A DNA stretch of 64,000 bases from Patescibacteria group bacterium (lineage in GTDB: Bacteria > Patescibacteriota > Patescibacteriia > Patescibacteriales > UBA12465), in assembly GCA_028687275.1 (NCBI GenBank), contig JAQUAK010000001.1:100213-164212 (forward strand), written 5' to 3'. How positions within the stretch are numbered: position 1 is the first letter of the stretch; every line of letters begins with the position of its first letter. Positions 7,637-17,736 of the stretch are shown here, in pieces. The position numbers were made by a program, and so were the translations under genes. The notes under the pieces are model-generated. The model was not told the origin of the DNA, searched no databases, and saw only the letters and a list, made by a program, of their open reading frames with translations.

Positions 7637-9070
7637 TTAGGCTCGGGGCGGATTATTTTCAGCTTTAGTCTCCTCTTTTATCTGATTTGATAGTCTCTCT
7701 TCGGCTGATATTAATTCTTTTTTGTGCCAATGACTGCGCTTAAAGATAATTAAGTACATGACAACTGACAAGAAGCTACTAACAGGAAAAGCGAGCCAAA
7801 GGCCGTTTAAGCCAAGATTAGTAAAGCGAGAAAAAGCATAGATTAAAGGAATTTGAATTAACCAAGTTGAGGTGAGCGTTAGGGTCATTGAGGTCTTGGT
7901 GCTGCCAGCAGATTGTAGGGTACTGCCTATCAAAATTTGTAAAGCTATTAAGCCAAAGATGGGAGAAATAAACCGTAAATAATTAGCCCCCGCGGCAATT
8001 ACATTAGGATCGTTGGGTACAAAGAATTTAATTAGGTAAGGGGCAAAAATAAAGCTGATTAAGCCTAAAGCACTAAAAGTAAAGAAGGCAATTCTTAAGC
8101 TAATTCCAGCCATGCGGCGGGCTGTTTCCGGTTCGCCGGCGCCTAAATGACGACCGACTAAAGCGGCGTTTGCTCCAGCTAAACCAAAGCTTATCATTAA
8201 AATTAACTGAAAGATGTTAGTGCCAACGCCATAGGCGGCGACCGCTAAGGTGCCAAAGGCGGCAATGAAAGCGGTTATAACGGTCAAGCTAAGGCTACGC
8301 GCTGATTGTTCAATTGATGAGGGGATGCCTAATAAAAAAGCTCGTTTAATGAAGCTAAAATTAGGACGGAAATCGGACCAATGTAAATGGATGCCATGTT
8401 TGCCAGAGAATAACCAGCTGAGACCGATAATAGCGGCTATACTTTGAGTACCCAAGGTAGCTAAAGCAACTCCGGCAATTCCTTGGGCGGGAATAAACCA
8501 CCAGCCAAACATAAATAGAGGATCAAGGATAAAGTTTAAAATGACCGTCCCCACAACAATATAAACTGGTAATTGAGCACGTCCAATGCTACGCATAATT
8601 GACTGGAAAATAAAAAAGGAGAAATTAAACATCAGACCTAAAAAGGCAATGCGTAGATAGGCTTTAGCATCAACCAAAATTGAAGAATCAGTGCCGAGTA
8701 ATTGTAGAATATGGGGAGTAAAAATGTAGCCGAGTACACTAAAAAATATAGAAACAACTACTACCATTAAGATGGTTTGAGCAGCCGCTTGACTTAACAT
8801 TTTTTCATTTTTAGCGCCAAAATATTGTGCCGTTAAAGTCGAACCCGCGATGGCTAGTCCAATACCCATACTAATCATCACGAAAATAACGGGAGCACTC
8901 ATGGTTACAGCCGCCACAGCTTTTTCTCCTAAACGCCCCACCCAAAAAGCATCGGTAAATTGATAAGCAATCTGAAAAAGCTGCGCCAAGATTATTGGCG
9001 CCGCTAGTTTAAGTAAATTTTTTAGTAAGATTGATGATTTAGGGACAGTATTATTATTTAGAGCTTGCAT
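7637..9070 (-). CDS. MATE-family efflux transporter
   Basis: 12-TM ORF with MATE N-terminal signature LLKLAAPIILAQLFQIAYQFTDAFWVGRLG. I chose the start at MQALNNN to avoid overlap with the upstream gene. Confidence 0.85.
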   Translation of the reverse strand: MQALNNNTVPKSSILLKNLLKLAAPIILAQLFQIAYQFTDAFWVGRLGEKAVAAVTMSAPVIFVMISMGIGLAIAGSTLTAQYFGAKNEKMLSQAAAQTILMVVVVSIFFSVLGYIFTPHILQLLGTDSSILVDAKAYLRIAFLGLMFNFSFFIFQSIMRSIGRAQLPVYIVVGTVILNFILDPLFMFGWWFIPAQGIAGVALATLGTQSIAAIIGLSWLFSGKHGIHLHWSDFRPNFSFIKRAFLLGIPSSIEQSARSLSLTVITAFIAAFGTLAVAAYGVGTNIFQLILMISFGLAGANAALVGRHLGAGEPETARRMAGISLRIAFFTFSALGLISFIFAPYLIKFFVPNDPNVIAAGANYLRFISPIFGLIALQILIGSTLQSAGSTKTSMTLTLTSTWLIQIPLIYAFSRFTNLGLNGLWLAFPVSSFLSVVMYLIIFKRSHWHKKELISAEERLSNQIKEETKAENNPPRA

Positions 9071-9083
9071 ATAGTCTAATTCT

Positions 9084-9785
9084 TTAGTTGTTTTTATCAG
9101 CGGCGGCCACGTCGGCAATTACTTTTTTTCTAGCTTCTTGAAATTTAAGGATAATAAAAATAATCAGACTGCCAATAATAATTCCACCGACATTTAATAA
9201 GTAAGTAGTAATAGCGTCGATGAAAATATAATAATCTAAAGCGGCAAGGCCAATACCAGCTAAAACTAAAGGAGGCAGAAGGGTAACTGTAATAGCGACG
9301 CCAGCTAAGTTGTTGCTTAAATTTTTCTTAGCCCAAGTGAGACTAGCGGCAGCACCAGCTAAAGCGGCAATAAGCAAGTCAAAACCGTTAACACCAATTT
9401 TTTCAATCATTTCCATTTCACTGGTTTTAAAAGAAAAGACAGAACCGATAAGCATAGAAACAATGAGGGCTAAAATTGTAGTAATTAAAAATATCTTAAC
9501 TGCTCTCCAGGCAACATGACCATTCCTAATCACAATAGCTAATGAAATTGATAGAATCGGGGAGAGAAGAGGTGCAACTAGCATGCCGCCGATAATTAAA
9601 ATTACGCTATTTTTTAAGAGTCCAGCCATCGTGATAAAAATGGAAACAACTAGCAGAAAGTAAAATTCTGACTTTAAAGAAGAGCTATCAATTAATTCAC
9701 GACAAAAATTATTTCTTTCTTCTTTGCTCAGGGTAAAGATTGCTTCGGAATGGCTAGGCATTAAACGCTTGATAAAAGATAACAT
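9084..9785 (-). CDS. DUF389-family membrane protein
   Basis: ILIIGGMLVAPLLSPIL plus a multi-TM layout resemble DUF389. Confidence 0.55.
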   Translation of the reverse strand: MLSFIKRLMPSHSEAIFTLSKEERNNFCRELIDSSSLKSEFYFLLVVSIFITMAGLLKNSVILIIGGMLVAPLLSPILSISLAIVIRNGHVAWRAVKIFLITTILALIVSMLIGSVFSFKTSEMEMIEKIGVNGFDLLIAALAGAAASLTWAKKNLSNNLAGVAITVTLLPPLVLAGIGLAALDYYIFIDAITTYLLNVGGIIIGSLIIFIILKFQEARKKVIADVAAADKNN

Positions 9786-9949
9786 AAATTTTATTAAATA
9801 TTTTTAAACTGTTTTTATTTTAGAATGTTTTGCCTAAATATACAAACATTTTGAAATATTAGGCTGAATTTTAATCATTATCTCCATAAATTGTCTAATT
9901 TATGAAAGAATGCTATTATTGAAACTATATAATTCAATATTAAAGCACT

Positions 9950-10120
9950 ATGAAGAAAATTTTAAGTTTAACTTTACTCCTAATGCTGAGTTTAGCCGTC
10001 TTCACTTTTTTGCCAGCACGGGCAGAAGATAATACTAGTGTTAATATACAAACTACAGTGGACCCTATAAACAGCAGCGTTGATAGTGGTGATGTTCTTG
10101 ATTCCGCTTTAGTACAATAA
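9950..10120 (+). CDS. small secreted peptide (56 aa), hypothetical
   Basis: My hand translation is MKKILSLTLLLMLSLAVFTFLPARAEDN.., with a clear signal peptide. It is followed by hairpin ggctcgacgttagtcgagtc with a T-run. Confidence 0.35.
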   Translation: MKKILSLTLLLMLSLAVFTFLPARAEDNTSVNIQTTVDPINSSVDSGDVLDSALVQ

Positions 10121-10177
10121 ATAAATTCTTATACAATATAAGGCTCGACGTTAGTCGAGTCTTTTATTTCTAATTAT

Positions 10178-11314
10178 ATGTCAGATTTCAAACAAGAATC
10201 TTTAGAATTGCATCGTTTGCATCAAGGTAAAATTAGCACAGGAATTTCTGTGCCTATAAATAATAAGCATGATTTATCCTTAGCTTATACTCCCGGAGTG
10301 GCTGCTGTTTGTTTGGCTATTGCTGAAGATAAAGAAATAGCTCGCACTCATAGCATTAAGGGCAGGACTATTGCTGTGATAAGCGATGGGAGTGCGGTTT
10401 TAGGTTTAGGTAATATTGGACCGGAAGCGGCCTTGCCTGTAATGGAGGGGAAGTGTGCCCTATTTAAAAGTTTTGCTAATGTTGATGCCTTCCCAATTTG
10501 CTTAGACACTCAGGATGTAGAAGAAATTATTAAGACTATTAAGTATTTAGCGCCTGTTTTTGGAGGAATTAACTTAGAGGATATTGCCGCTCCTCGTTGT
10601 TTTGAAATTGAAAGACGTTTACAAGCAGAGTTAGATATTCCAGTGATGCATGATGATCAACATGGTACGGCCACGGTAGTTTTAGCCGCCCTAATCAATG
10701 CTTTGAAATTAAGAGAAAGCAAAAAAGAGGAAGTTAAGGTAGTGGTGAGCGGCGCAGGAGCAGCTGGTAATGCGATCGTGCGTTTGTTGTTAGGTTATGG
10801 CATTAAAAATATTTTTGTTTGTGACCGCCAAGGCTTGCTCTATGCTGGTCGTCCAGATTTAAGTGGTGAAAAATTTGAGTTAGCCAGTCTTACTAATTTA
10901 GAAAAAAGAGAAGGTGATTTAGCCACTGCCCTAGTTGAGGCCGATGTCTTTATTGGTGTTTCTTCGGCTGGTTTGGTGAACACGGATATGATTAAGTCTA
11001 TGGCAGCACGTCCTGTTGTTTTTGCTTTAGCTAACCCAGTACCAGAAATTATGCCAGAAGAAGCAGAGAAGGCTGGAGCTTACGTGGTGGCTAGTGGACG
11101 CAGTGATTTTAAAAACCAGATTAATAATGTTTTAATTTTCCCTGGTGTTTTTCGTGGTGCCTTAGATAATAAAGTTAAGTTAATTACTGATGAAATGTTA
11201 GTCCGCGCAGCTGAAGCCTTAGCGGGTTTAGTTGAAGATTTGAGTGTTGATAAGATTTTGCCTGATGCTTTTGATGCACGGGTTGCTCCGACAGTTGCTA
11301 AGGCAATAAAATAG
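10178..11314 (+). CDS. maeA: NAD(P)-dependent malic enzyme
   Basis: LSLAYTPGVA..VISDGSAVLGLGNIGP..PVMEGKCALFK..NLEDI..VVSGAGAAG are diagnostic malic enzyme motifs. Confidence 0.9.
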   Translation: MSDFKQESLELHRLHQGKISTGISVPINNKHDLSLAYTPGVAAVCLAIAEDKEIARTHSIKGRTIAVISDGSAVLGLGNIGPEAALPVMEGKCALFKSFANVDAFPICLDTQDVEEIIKTIKYLAPVFGGINLEDIAAPRCFEIERRLQAELDIPVMHDDQHGTATVVLAALINALKLRESKKEEVKVVVSGAGAAGNAIVRLLLGYGIKNIFVCDRQGLLYAGRPDLSGEKFELASLTNLEKREGDLATALVEADVFIGVSSAGLVNTDMIKSMAARPVVFALANPVPEIMPEEAEKAGAYVVASGRSDFKNQINNVLIFPGVFRGALDNKVKLITDEMLVRAAEALAGLVEDLSVDKILPDAFDARVAPTVAKAIK

Positions 11315-11435
11315 CTAATTTTAGTAATTTTAATTATACTTTACAAAACATTAACTTTATGTTAATGTTTTTTTATCAAATAAGTTCATTTCATAACCCG
11401 TTCTTCTTTTTAAGAAGAACACAACACCCATAAAA

Positions 11436-11879
11436 ATGGTAGAAAAAAGCAAAATTGGAAGAAGAGTTTTGAGTAAGGCTACTCAGAAAAAAAGAATTCA
11501 GAAAATGGAAGTAGCGGCTCGGGCCTGTGGGCATACAGGCAAAATTAAAAAGAGTCATATTCTTAGGATCCCAGAGATTCGGAATATTCTCCATCCTGAT
11601 CAAGAAGTGGCCTTCCATGTGCTTACTGTAAAAGTCTTGGAGGACGGCCTCATTCCTTTAGTGACTATTGACGTCTTTGTGAAGGATAAAATGATCACAA
11701 TTGATTTAGCCAAGCTACAACTTAGCCGAGCTAATAAATGTTTTCTTAACTCCCTAAACGTCTTACCAAGGCGCTACTTTAAAAACATTGAGAATACTAT
11801 ATCTAATAAGGATGTGCTATTCGGTGAGAGCCTAGTTGGTTATACAGAGGAATACTATCCCAGCTGTGCAGCTAATTAA
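11436..11879 (+). CDS. hypothetical protein
   Basis: 147-aa ORF. I recognise no family. Confidence 0.35.
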   Translation: MVEKSKIGRRVLSKATQKKRIQKMEVAARACGHTGKIKKSHILRIPEIRNILHPDQEVAFHVLTVKVLEDGLIPLVTIDVFVKDKMITIDLAKLQLSRANKCFLNSLNVLPRRYFKNIENTISNKDVLFGESLVGYTEEYYPSCAAN

Positions 11880-11937
11880 AAAAACAAAAGGAGCTTTAAA
11901 TTTAAAAAGCTCCTTTTCTATAGGCAAAATATATTTT

Positions 11938-12477
11938 TTATTCAATGCAGCAGTCAACCACCTTGCGCACTAAGTCTCCAAGTTTAGCGGCAAAACCTTT
12001 CTTCTCTTTATCTTGTTTATTTAAGGCTTCTTCATCGATCTTTTTTAAATCTCCAGTAGCTATAATTTTCATGTTTACCCCCCAGAAGAGGGAATAGAGT
12101 TCATAGGCTTTATTAAACAATTCGTAAGCCTCTTCTTTTTTGCCTTGACTGAGTTGTTTGGTGCCGACTTCCATTAAGCGGTAGCTAGCGGCGAGTAAGT
12201 GTTTAGAGATGCACCAAACCTCCCCTTCATAATCTTTAATTATTTTCTTTAATAAGCCTTTACGCATTTCGCGGACTTCATTGATCAAGTCATAATACTC
12301 AGTCTTTCCAGTTTTAGCACCGGTAAAAAACAAGTGCTCCTCAATTCCAACTAAGTTCATAATAGCAATGGTTAAATCTTGATCAGAAGATAAATCCATT
12401 TTTTCTTGCTTTTTTATGCTATCTGCCTTATCAATAAAATCTTGTAAGTTCTTGATGGGGTTATTATTTGTGTCCAT
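11938..12477 (-). CDS. hypothetical helical protein (C-terminal DCCIE)
   Basis: 179-aa ORF co-directional with two thiol-motif genes. Confidence 0.5.
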   Translation of the reverse strand: MDTNNNPIKNLQDFIDKADSIKKQEKMDLSSDQDLTIAIMNLVGIEEHLFFTGAKTGKTEYYDLINEVREMRKGLLKKIIKDYEGEVWCISKHLLAASYRLMEVGTKQLSQGKKEEAYELFNKAYELYSLFWGVNMKIIATGDLKKIDEEALNKQDKEKKGFAAKLGDLVRKVVDCCIE

Positions 12478-12481
12478 AAAT

Positions 12482-12994
12482 TTATTTAGTTAAGAAATAG
12501 AAAAGAGCTGATAATAGTATAAGCGTGCTAACTGGGATTGCCACCTTTTCAAAAGGGAAGTGAGCGTGACCACCGTTTCTTTGTTTAATAATTTCATAAG
12601 CCCTTGTGCTAAGAGCAAAAAACAAACTGCCCACAACAATGCCTAGTAACAATTTATCAAGTCCATATAATTGATTGAAGGGATTGCCGATAAAGTTTTG
12701 TGTATATAAAGGATAAAGAACCATGATGTAGTAGGCTAGGAAGATTGCGTAGTCGCGCCAGTTACGGTATTTAATTAGCCACTGTTTCTTTTCAAAATAA
12801 TTAATTGTCCAAACGCTAATACCGACAAGCAATCCTCCAATCCAAAGGCCAGCAATACTATCGTCGATACCAAGGTACTCAGATAAGCCTAAACCAGCGC
12901 CGACAGCGACGATACAGACAGGACAAATAGCTTGAGCCGGCATGGCTTTTAACAAAAGCAGAGAAGCGGCGCTAAATAAATATTTCATTTTCAT
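12482..12994 (-). CDS. membrane protein with signal peptide and CPVC motif
   Basis: MKMKYLFSAASLLLLKAMPAQAICPVC is followed by 4-5 TM helices. Confidence 0.5.
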   Translation of the reverse strand: MKMKYLFSAASLLLLKAMPAQAICPVCIVAVGAGLGLSEYLGIDDSIAGLWIGGLLVGISVWTINYFEKKQWLIKYRNWRDYAIFLAYYIMVLYPLYTQNFIGNPFNQLYGLDKLLLGIVVGSLFFALSTRAYEIIKQRNGGHAHFPFEKVAIPVSTLILLSALFYFLTK

Positions 12995-12998
12995 AATT

Positions 12999-13373
12999 TT
13001 AAGGTTGAAAGAATTCAATAATACTAACATCCCCCATTAAACAGGAGTCTCCGGTCCAGAGAAAGGGTACGCCTAAGGCTTCGGTATTGTAATTACATTC
13101 TTTAGCTTTTTTTACTAACTCAGCGCTGTTTTTTTGATTCTCCGATATTTCTAGTTCGTTAAAACTATATTTATCTTTAATATTGTTTTCCCTAATGTGG
13201 TCAGAGACATTCTGACAGTGGGGGCAAGAAAGGCTATAGAACAGTATCATCTCAGACTCTTGTGGATTATTAACACTTTCATCTTGCTGACGGGTAGAGA
13301 TAACTACAGCAATAGTGATGATAAGGATCACAATTACCGCTAAAGCGGTAATCCTAGTTTTATTTTTATTCAT
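12999..13373 (-). CDS. membrane-anchored thioredoxin-fold protein (CPHC)
   Basis: An N-terminal TM anchor is followed by LFYSLSCPHCQNV, a thioredoxin/glutaredoxin-like active site. Confidence 0.6.
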   Translation of the reverse strand: MNKNKTRITALAVIVILIITIAVVISTRQQDESVNNPQESEMILFYSLSCPHCQNVSDHIRENNIKDKYSFNELEISENQKNSAELVKKAKECNYNTEALGVPFLWTGDSCLMGDVSIIEFFQP

Positions 13374-13461
13374 ATATTATGTAAATTTTATTTTATTATT
13401 CTATTTTATCATAAAAATAGCTTAGCGGGAACCATATTAGAGATAAGGACTGAACTTATTT

Positions 13462-15198
13462 TTACTGATAATTTTTCATTTTATCCGCTACTTCTTTAAT
13501 GAAGTCGATGCGGCTAATTTCTCTAGTTTCCTGGGCCCCGCGATCGCGAACCATTAAATTAGTTGCCTCCGCTTCCTTATCCCCGATAACGAGCATATAA
13601 GGTACTTTCTCATTAACGGCTTTGCGAATCTTATTGCCGACTGTTTCATTGTTATCATCCAGTTCAACACGTATATTGGCGGCTATTAATTCTTCAGCTA
13701 ATTTTTGGCAAGCGGGAATGTGAGTTTCGGAAACAGAAATGAGTTTTACTTGTACTGGCGATAACCAAACAGGGAAAGCACCAGCATAATGCTCAATAAT
13801 AACTCCTAAGAAACGCTCGATTGAGCCTAAAATAGCACGATGAATAACAACTGGTGTTTTAGCACTGCCATCACTATCAGTATACTTTAACTCAAAGCGT
13901 AAAGGCATTTGAAAGTCTAATTGAATAGTGGCTAACTGCCATTGACGTCCGATAGCATCTTTTACTTTTACATCAATCTTAGGTCCATAGAAAGCGCCAT
14001 CACCCTCATTAATTTGATAGTTAAGTTTAGCATCTTCTAGGGCTTGTTTTAAATTATCTTCGGCCTTGTCCCAGACAGCCTTTTCGCCTAAAAAGTGTTC
14101 TGGTCGGGTGGAAAGGTGAATTTCATCAATGCTTAAGTCAAATATCTGGTAAATTGTTTTAATCTTACTAAGCAGGGTGGCGATTTCTGCCAATATTTGT
14201 TCTGGTCTGACAAAAATATGAGAATCATCTTGGGAGAGGCTGCGTACGCGAGTTAAACCATGTAAAGTACCTGATTTTTCATTTCTATAAAGAGTGGTGG
14301 TTTCGGCTAAGCGTAGAGGCAAATCTTTGTATGACTTTAAATCACGTTTAAAGATTAACATGTGGGCTGGACAGTTCATTGGTTTTACACTCAAATCAAT
14401 ATCATCTTCTACATGATGTAAACAAAACATATCTTCTTTATAGTGTTCCCAATGTCCAGAAATTTTCCAGAGTTCGGCGTTTAAAATTTGGGGGGTACGT
14501 ACTTCTTGATAGTCTGGCCCGTATGAATGTTCACGAACAAATTTAATTAATTCTTTTAATAGAGTCATGCCTTTAGGTAGAAAGAAGGGCATCCCAGCGG
14601 CGAGTTCATGATTCATAAATAAATCTAGTTCTTTGCCTAATTTACGATGGTCACGTTTTTCTGCCTCAAGCATCATTTGTAAATAAGCGTCCAATTCTTC
14701 TTTAGTGTCAAAAGCTAGCCCATAGATACGAGTTAACATGGTGTTTTTTTCATCGCCACGCCAATAAGCTCCGGCTAATTTATCTAATTTAAAACTGCCA
14801 GCCTTAATCTCTTTAGTATTTTCCACGTGCGGTCCGCGACAAAGATCGGTAAAAGCGCCAACACTATAAAAACCTAAGCTAGTTTCACCCTTGGCTTGAA
14901 GGTCGGTAATTAGCTCTTCTTTATAAGGATCTTGTTCGGCTTTAGCCCAAGCTAGTGACTCGGCGATATTTTTTTCACTGCGAGTGAAAGTGAGATTTTG
15001 CTTAACGAGATGATTCATTTTTTTCTCAATACTCTTTAATTGAGAATCACTAATACTCTCACCTTTAAAATCAATATCGTAGTAGAAGCCATTTTCAATG
15101 GCAGGACCGATAGCAAGTTGTGCTGCTGGCCACAATTCTTTGACCGCAGTCGCTAGAATGTGAGCTAGTGAGTGACGTTTAGTTTCGATATTACTCAT
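13462..15198 (-). CDS. thrS: threonine--tRNA ligase (short form, no TGS domain)
   Basis: HSLAHILA, class II core motifs (RVRSLSQDDSHIF, GAFYGPKID) and a C-terminal anticodon-binding domain. Confidence 0.95.
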   Translation of the reverse strand: MSNIETKRHSLAHILATAVKELWPAAQLAIGPAIENGFYYDIDFKGESISDSQLKSIEKKMNHLVKQNLTFTRSEKNIAESLAWAKAEQDPYKEELITDLQAKGETSLGFYSVGAFTDLCRGPHVENTKEIKAGSFKLDKLAGAYWRGDEKNTMLTRIYGLAFDTKEELDAYLQMMLEAEKRDHRKLGKELDLFMNHELAAGMPFFLPKGMTLLKELIKFVREHSYGPDYQEVRTPQILNAELWKISGHWEHYKEDMFCLHHVEDDIDLSVKPMNCPAHMLIFKRDLKSYKDLPLRLAETTTLYRNEKSGTLHGLTRVRSLSQDDSHIFVRPEQILAEIATLLSKIKTIYQIFDLSIDEIHLSTRPEHFLGEKAVWDKAEDNLKQALEDAKLNYQINEGDGAFYGPKIDVKVKDAIGRQWQLATIQLDFQMPLRFELKYTDSDGSAKTPVVIHRAILGSIERFLGVIIEHYAGAFPVWLSPVQVKLISVSETHIPACQKLAEELIAANIRVELDDNNETVGNKIRKAVNEKVPYMLVIGDKEAEATNLMVRDRGAQETREISRIDFIKEVADKMKNYQ

Positions 15199-15269
15199 AT
15201 GTTTAATTGATTATCCCGACGCAAGTGCGAAACGGTGATAATGTATTTTAATAAATTATTTAATCTTAA

Positions 15270-15470
15270 ATTAATAAAAAAGCCCCCTCCTAGCAAAAAC
15301 AATTTAACTGTCTTTGCTGGGACGGGACTATTTGTCTCGCGGTTCCACCCTGCTTCTCCAGATTTCTGGAGCTCTTTCTAGTTGTTTTCTTCCTTAGACC
15401 TCTTGATTGAGGCGATGTTAATCTCGAATTTGGTAGATTCGACAATCGGAAGCTCTCTACACTTTAGCGT
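15270..15470 (-). promoter_or_regulatory. T-box riboswitch leader of thrS
   Basis: The minus strand has an AGAGAG element, stem III ctccag-aaat-ctggag and T-box sequence AGCAGGGTGGAACCGCGAG (plus-strand 15338-15350). A terminator follows, with cccgtcccagcaaa pairing to tttgctaggaggggg plus a T-run (15275-15327). A candidate ACC-A specifier lies at plus-strand 15432-15434. Confidence 0.75.
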
Positions 15471-15512
15471 AAATGTGTAATTTTGTAAATATGTCAGCTA
15501 TTTCTAGAGTAA

Positions 15513-16241
15513 TTAAAGACTTTTGGCCGCCACTGCTACTATTATTTTCTTAGCCCCCGCTTGTTTTAAAGCTTGGGCGGCCGCGTTGGCAGTAGCGCCG
15601 GTAGTGAAGACATCGTCTACTAAAATAATAATTGTTGCGGCTAAGTTATCGCTTCCTTGATAGAAAAAAATCTTTTTTTGTCGGCGCTCGGTGCTGTAAC
15701 TTAAAGGGGCGCTTGGTTTTTGATAAGAGAGTCTTTTTAAATTATAATTTAGGGGCCAAGGGCATATTTCAGCTATGCCTTGAGCTAGTAATTGTGCCTG
15801 GTTAAAGCCTCTAGTTCGTAAACATTTTTTATGTAGAGGGATGGGCATGATAATAACTTCTTCGCTCGGATTATTTTGTAAAGTATATTGATGCCATTCT
15901 TTAACTAAGCGTCGCCCAAGTAAGCGACCGATAATTAAACCAAGTGGACGTAGGCCTCTTTGTTTTAAGGCTTGCAGGGCTATTTTTAAGTTGTTCTGTT
16001 CATATTTACCTAAGGCAAAGACTGCCTCAAAATATAGATTACTTGCTTTAGGCTGGCAGTTTGAACAAATAAAACCTAGCTTTGATTTGCGGCCGCACAA
16101 AGGACAGTGTGGAGCTAAGTATTTAATTTTTACTCGACAAGCGGGGCAGAGCAAGCTATTTACTTGATGGCAAATAAGACAGCGACTGGGTAATAGATAA
16201 TTATCAATTTTTTTTAAAAATGTTTTAAAATTTAAGCTCAT
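15513..16241 (-). CDS. comFC: ComF-family phosphoribosyltransferase protein
   Basis: N-terminal Cys4 zinc-finger-like CxxC pairs plus the C-terminal PRTase motif IIILVDDVFTTGAT. Confidence 0.85.
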   Translation of the reverse strand: MSLNFKTFLKKIDNYLLPSRCLICHQVNSLLCPACRVKIKYLAPHCPLCGRKSKLGFICSNCQPKASNLYFEAVFALGKYEQNNLKIALQALKQRGLRPLGLIIGRLLGRRLVKEWHQYTLQNNPSEEVIIMPIPLHKKCLRTRGFNQAQLLAQGIAEICPWPLNYNLKRLSYQKPSAPLSYSTERRQKKIFFYQGSDNLAATIIILVDDVFTTGATANAAAQALKQAGAKKIIVAVAAKSL

Positions 16242-16297
16242 AGATAAAATAAAAAACCGGCGTTTTGGCGCCGGTTATTTTAAAATTATTATTTAAT

Positions 16298-17566
16298 TTA
16301 CTTTAATTGGATGCTGTAGATTTGTCCGGTAATTTGATCAGTGAAATAGAGTATTTTTTGATCAGAAGCAACCATGATGTTAGAGATGTTGCTGGCATTT
16401 TCTGGAATAGCGATTAATTTTTTAATGCCAGTGGCCGTATCAATCTTATAAAGCAGATCGGAGGTTTTATTAGCTAGTTCGGGGAAGAGGCCGGATCCTT
16501 CTGGTAGATTTTCAGGGACGGCGCAATAGACTTCATTATTAGTGGCAAAAGTACACTTATTAGCCCAAGTGCTTAAGCCGATATTTGTACGATTTTGTCC
16601 GATATTATCACCTTGAGCACTAACAAACCAAAGGCTAGGGTTCATATTGTTATCGCTACTATAGACACTGTAAAGTAACTTATCACCCTGATCTGACCAT
16701 TGTGATTGAAAACCACGGCCATTGATAATAGTAGATTTAAAATTTTCATTATTAAGTCCGACAAAGAATAGCTCTTGACGGTTGAAGTCAACTCCGCGAG
16801 TGTACATGGCCGCTATTTGATTATTTGGTGACCAGATTGGATAAACATCACCTGCGTTATTACCAATTGCACTTAAAGAACTGGCTTTAGAGCCATCAGC
16901 GTTAGCAGTAATTAAATATCTATTTTCAACATCGTCGCCCATACTTTTAGCAGAGATGCTAGTGCCGGTCGGCGAGAAGGAAAAATCTTCCCAATGCTTA
17001 GGCAGGGTGACTTGTTTTTGGGTGTTGAAGTTATAATTTATCTTAGACCCATCTGGATATTCTAAAATTGCCTGATTGCCATCACCTGACCAGGTTACGT
17101 TCTGGACTTGATGAAAAACCTTATCGCTTAAAGTGACTAATTCACCACTGCTATTAAGGGTATAGAATTTGCCATCATTATTATTGTAATAGCGTAGCTG
17201 ATTATTACTAGTCATAGTTGGATTAAGCACGGGCGCGGAGGTAACTGTCTTTATTTTAGTAATACCGCCAACGGCTAAATCACTAGCCTCATTCCCGCTA
17301 GGAGCAGTTGTACCGCCATTATTACCATTATTTGGCAGCGGGTTATTGGGATTTAAATTGCCGTCACCATTAATATCTGAATAATTAGGATCGCCCGTAT
17401 CGGATAGACTTAGGCCACCAATATTCGTTGTCTCTGTATTTGTTGGTGTAGTTGTAATAACTTTTGCCTTAAAAAATGTTTGCCAAATTAAATATCCCAA
17501 TAAGGCAACTAAGGCTAAGAAAATGACAGCAATGATAATTTTTTTGTATTTACGGAAGAATTCCAT
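16298..17566 (-). CDS. TolB-like beta-propeller (PD40 repeat) protein, membrane-anchored
   Basis: An N-terminal TM anchor and low-complexity linker are followed by repeated WSPxG/WSxDG-type blades (VTWSGDGNQ, PIWSPNNQ, SQWSDQGDK). Confidence 0.65.
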   Translation of the reverse strand: MEFFRKYKKIIIAVIFLALVALLGYLIWQTFFKAKVITTTPTNTETTNIGGLSLSDTGDPNYSDINGDGNLNPNNPLPNNGNNGGTTAPSGNEASDLAVGGITKIKTVTSAPVLNPTMTSNNQLRYYNNNDGKFYTLNSSGELVTLSDKVFHQVQNVTWSGDGNQAILEYPDGSKINYNFNTQKQVTLPKHWEDFSFSPTGTSISAKSMGDDVENRYLITANADGSKASSLSAIGNNAGDVYPIWSPNNQIAAMYTRGVDFNRQELFFVGLNNENFKSTIINGRGFQSQWSDQGDKLLYSVYSSDNNMNPSLWFVSAQGDNIGQNRTNIGLSTWANKCTFATNNEVYCAVPENLPEGSGLFPELANKTSDLLYKIDTATGIKKLIAIPENASNISNIMVASDQKILYFTDQITGQIYSIQLK

Positions 17567-17736
17567 ATAATATTTTTTTATTTACAAATTTATGATATAC
17601 TAAAGACAGTTTGGAATAGTCTTTTTCGAGCTAATTTTTATAATTTTTTCTTGTCCTCTCTTCTTAAATATTATATACTAGAAAAGGAGATATGACAATT
17701 TGGTTTGTATTGTTGTAGCTATTAATTTTATTTACT

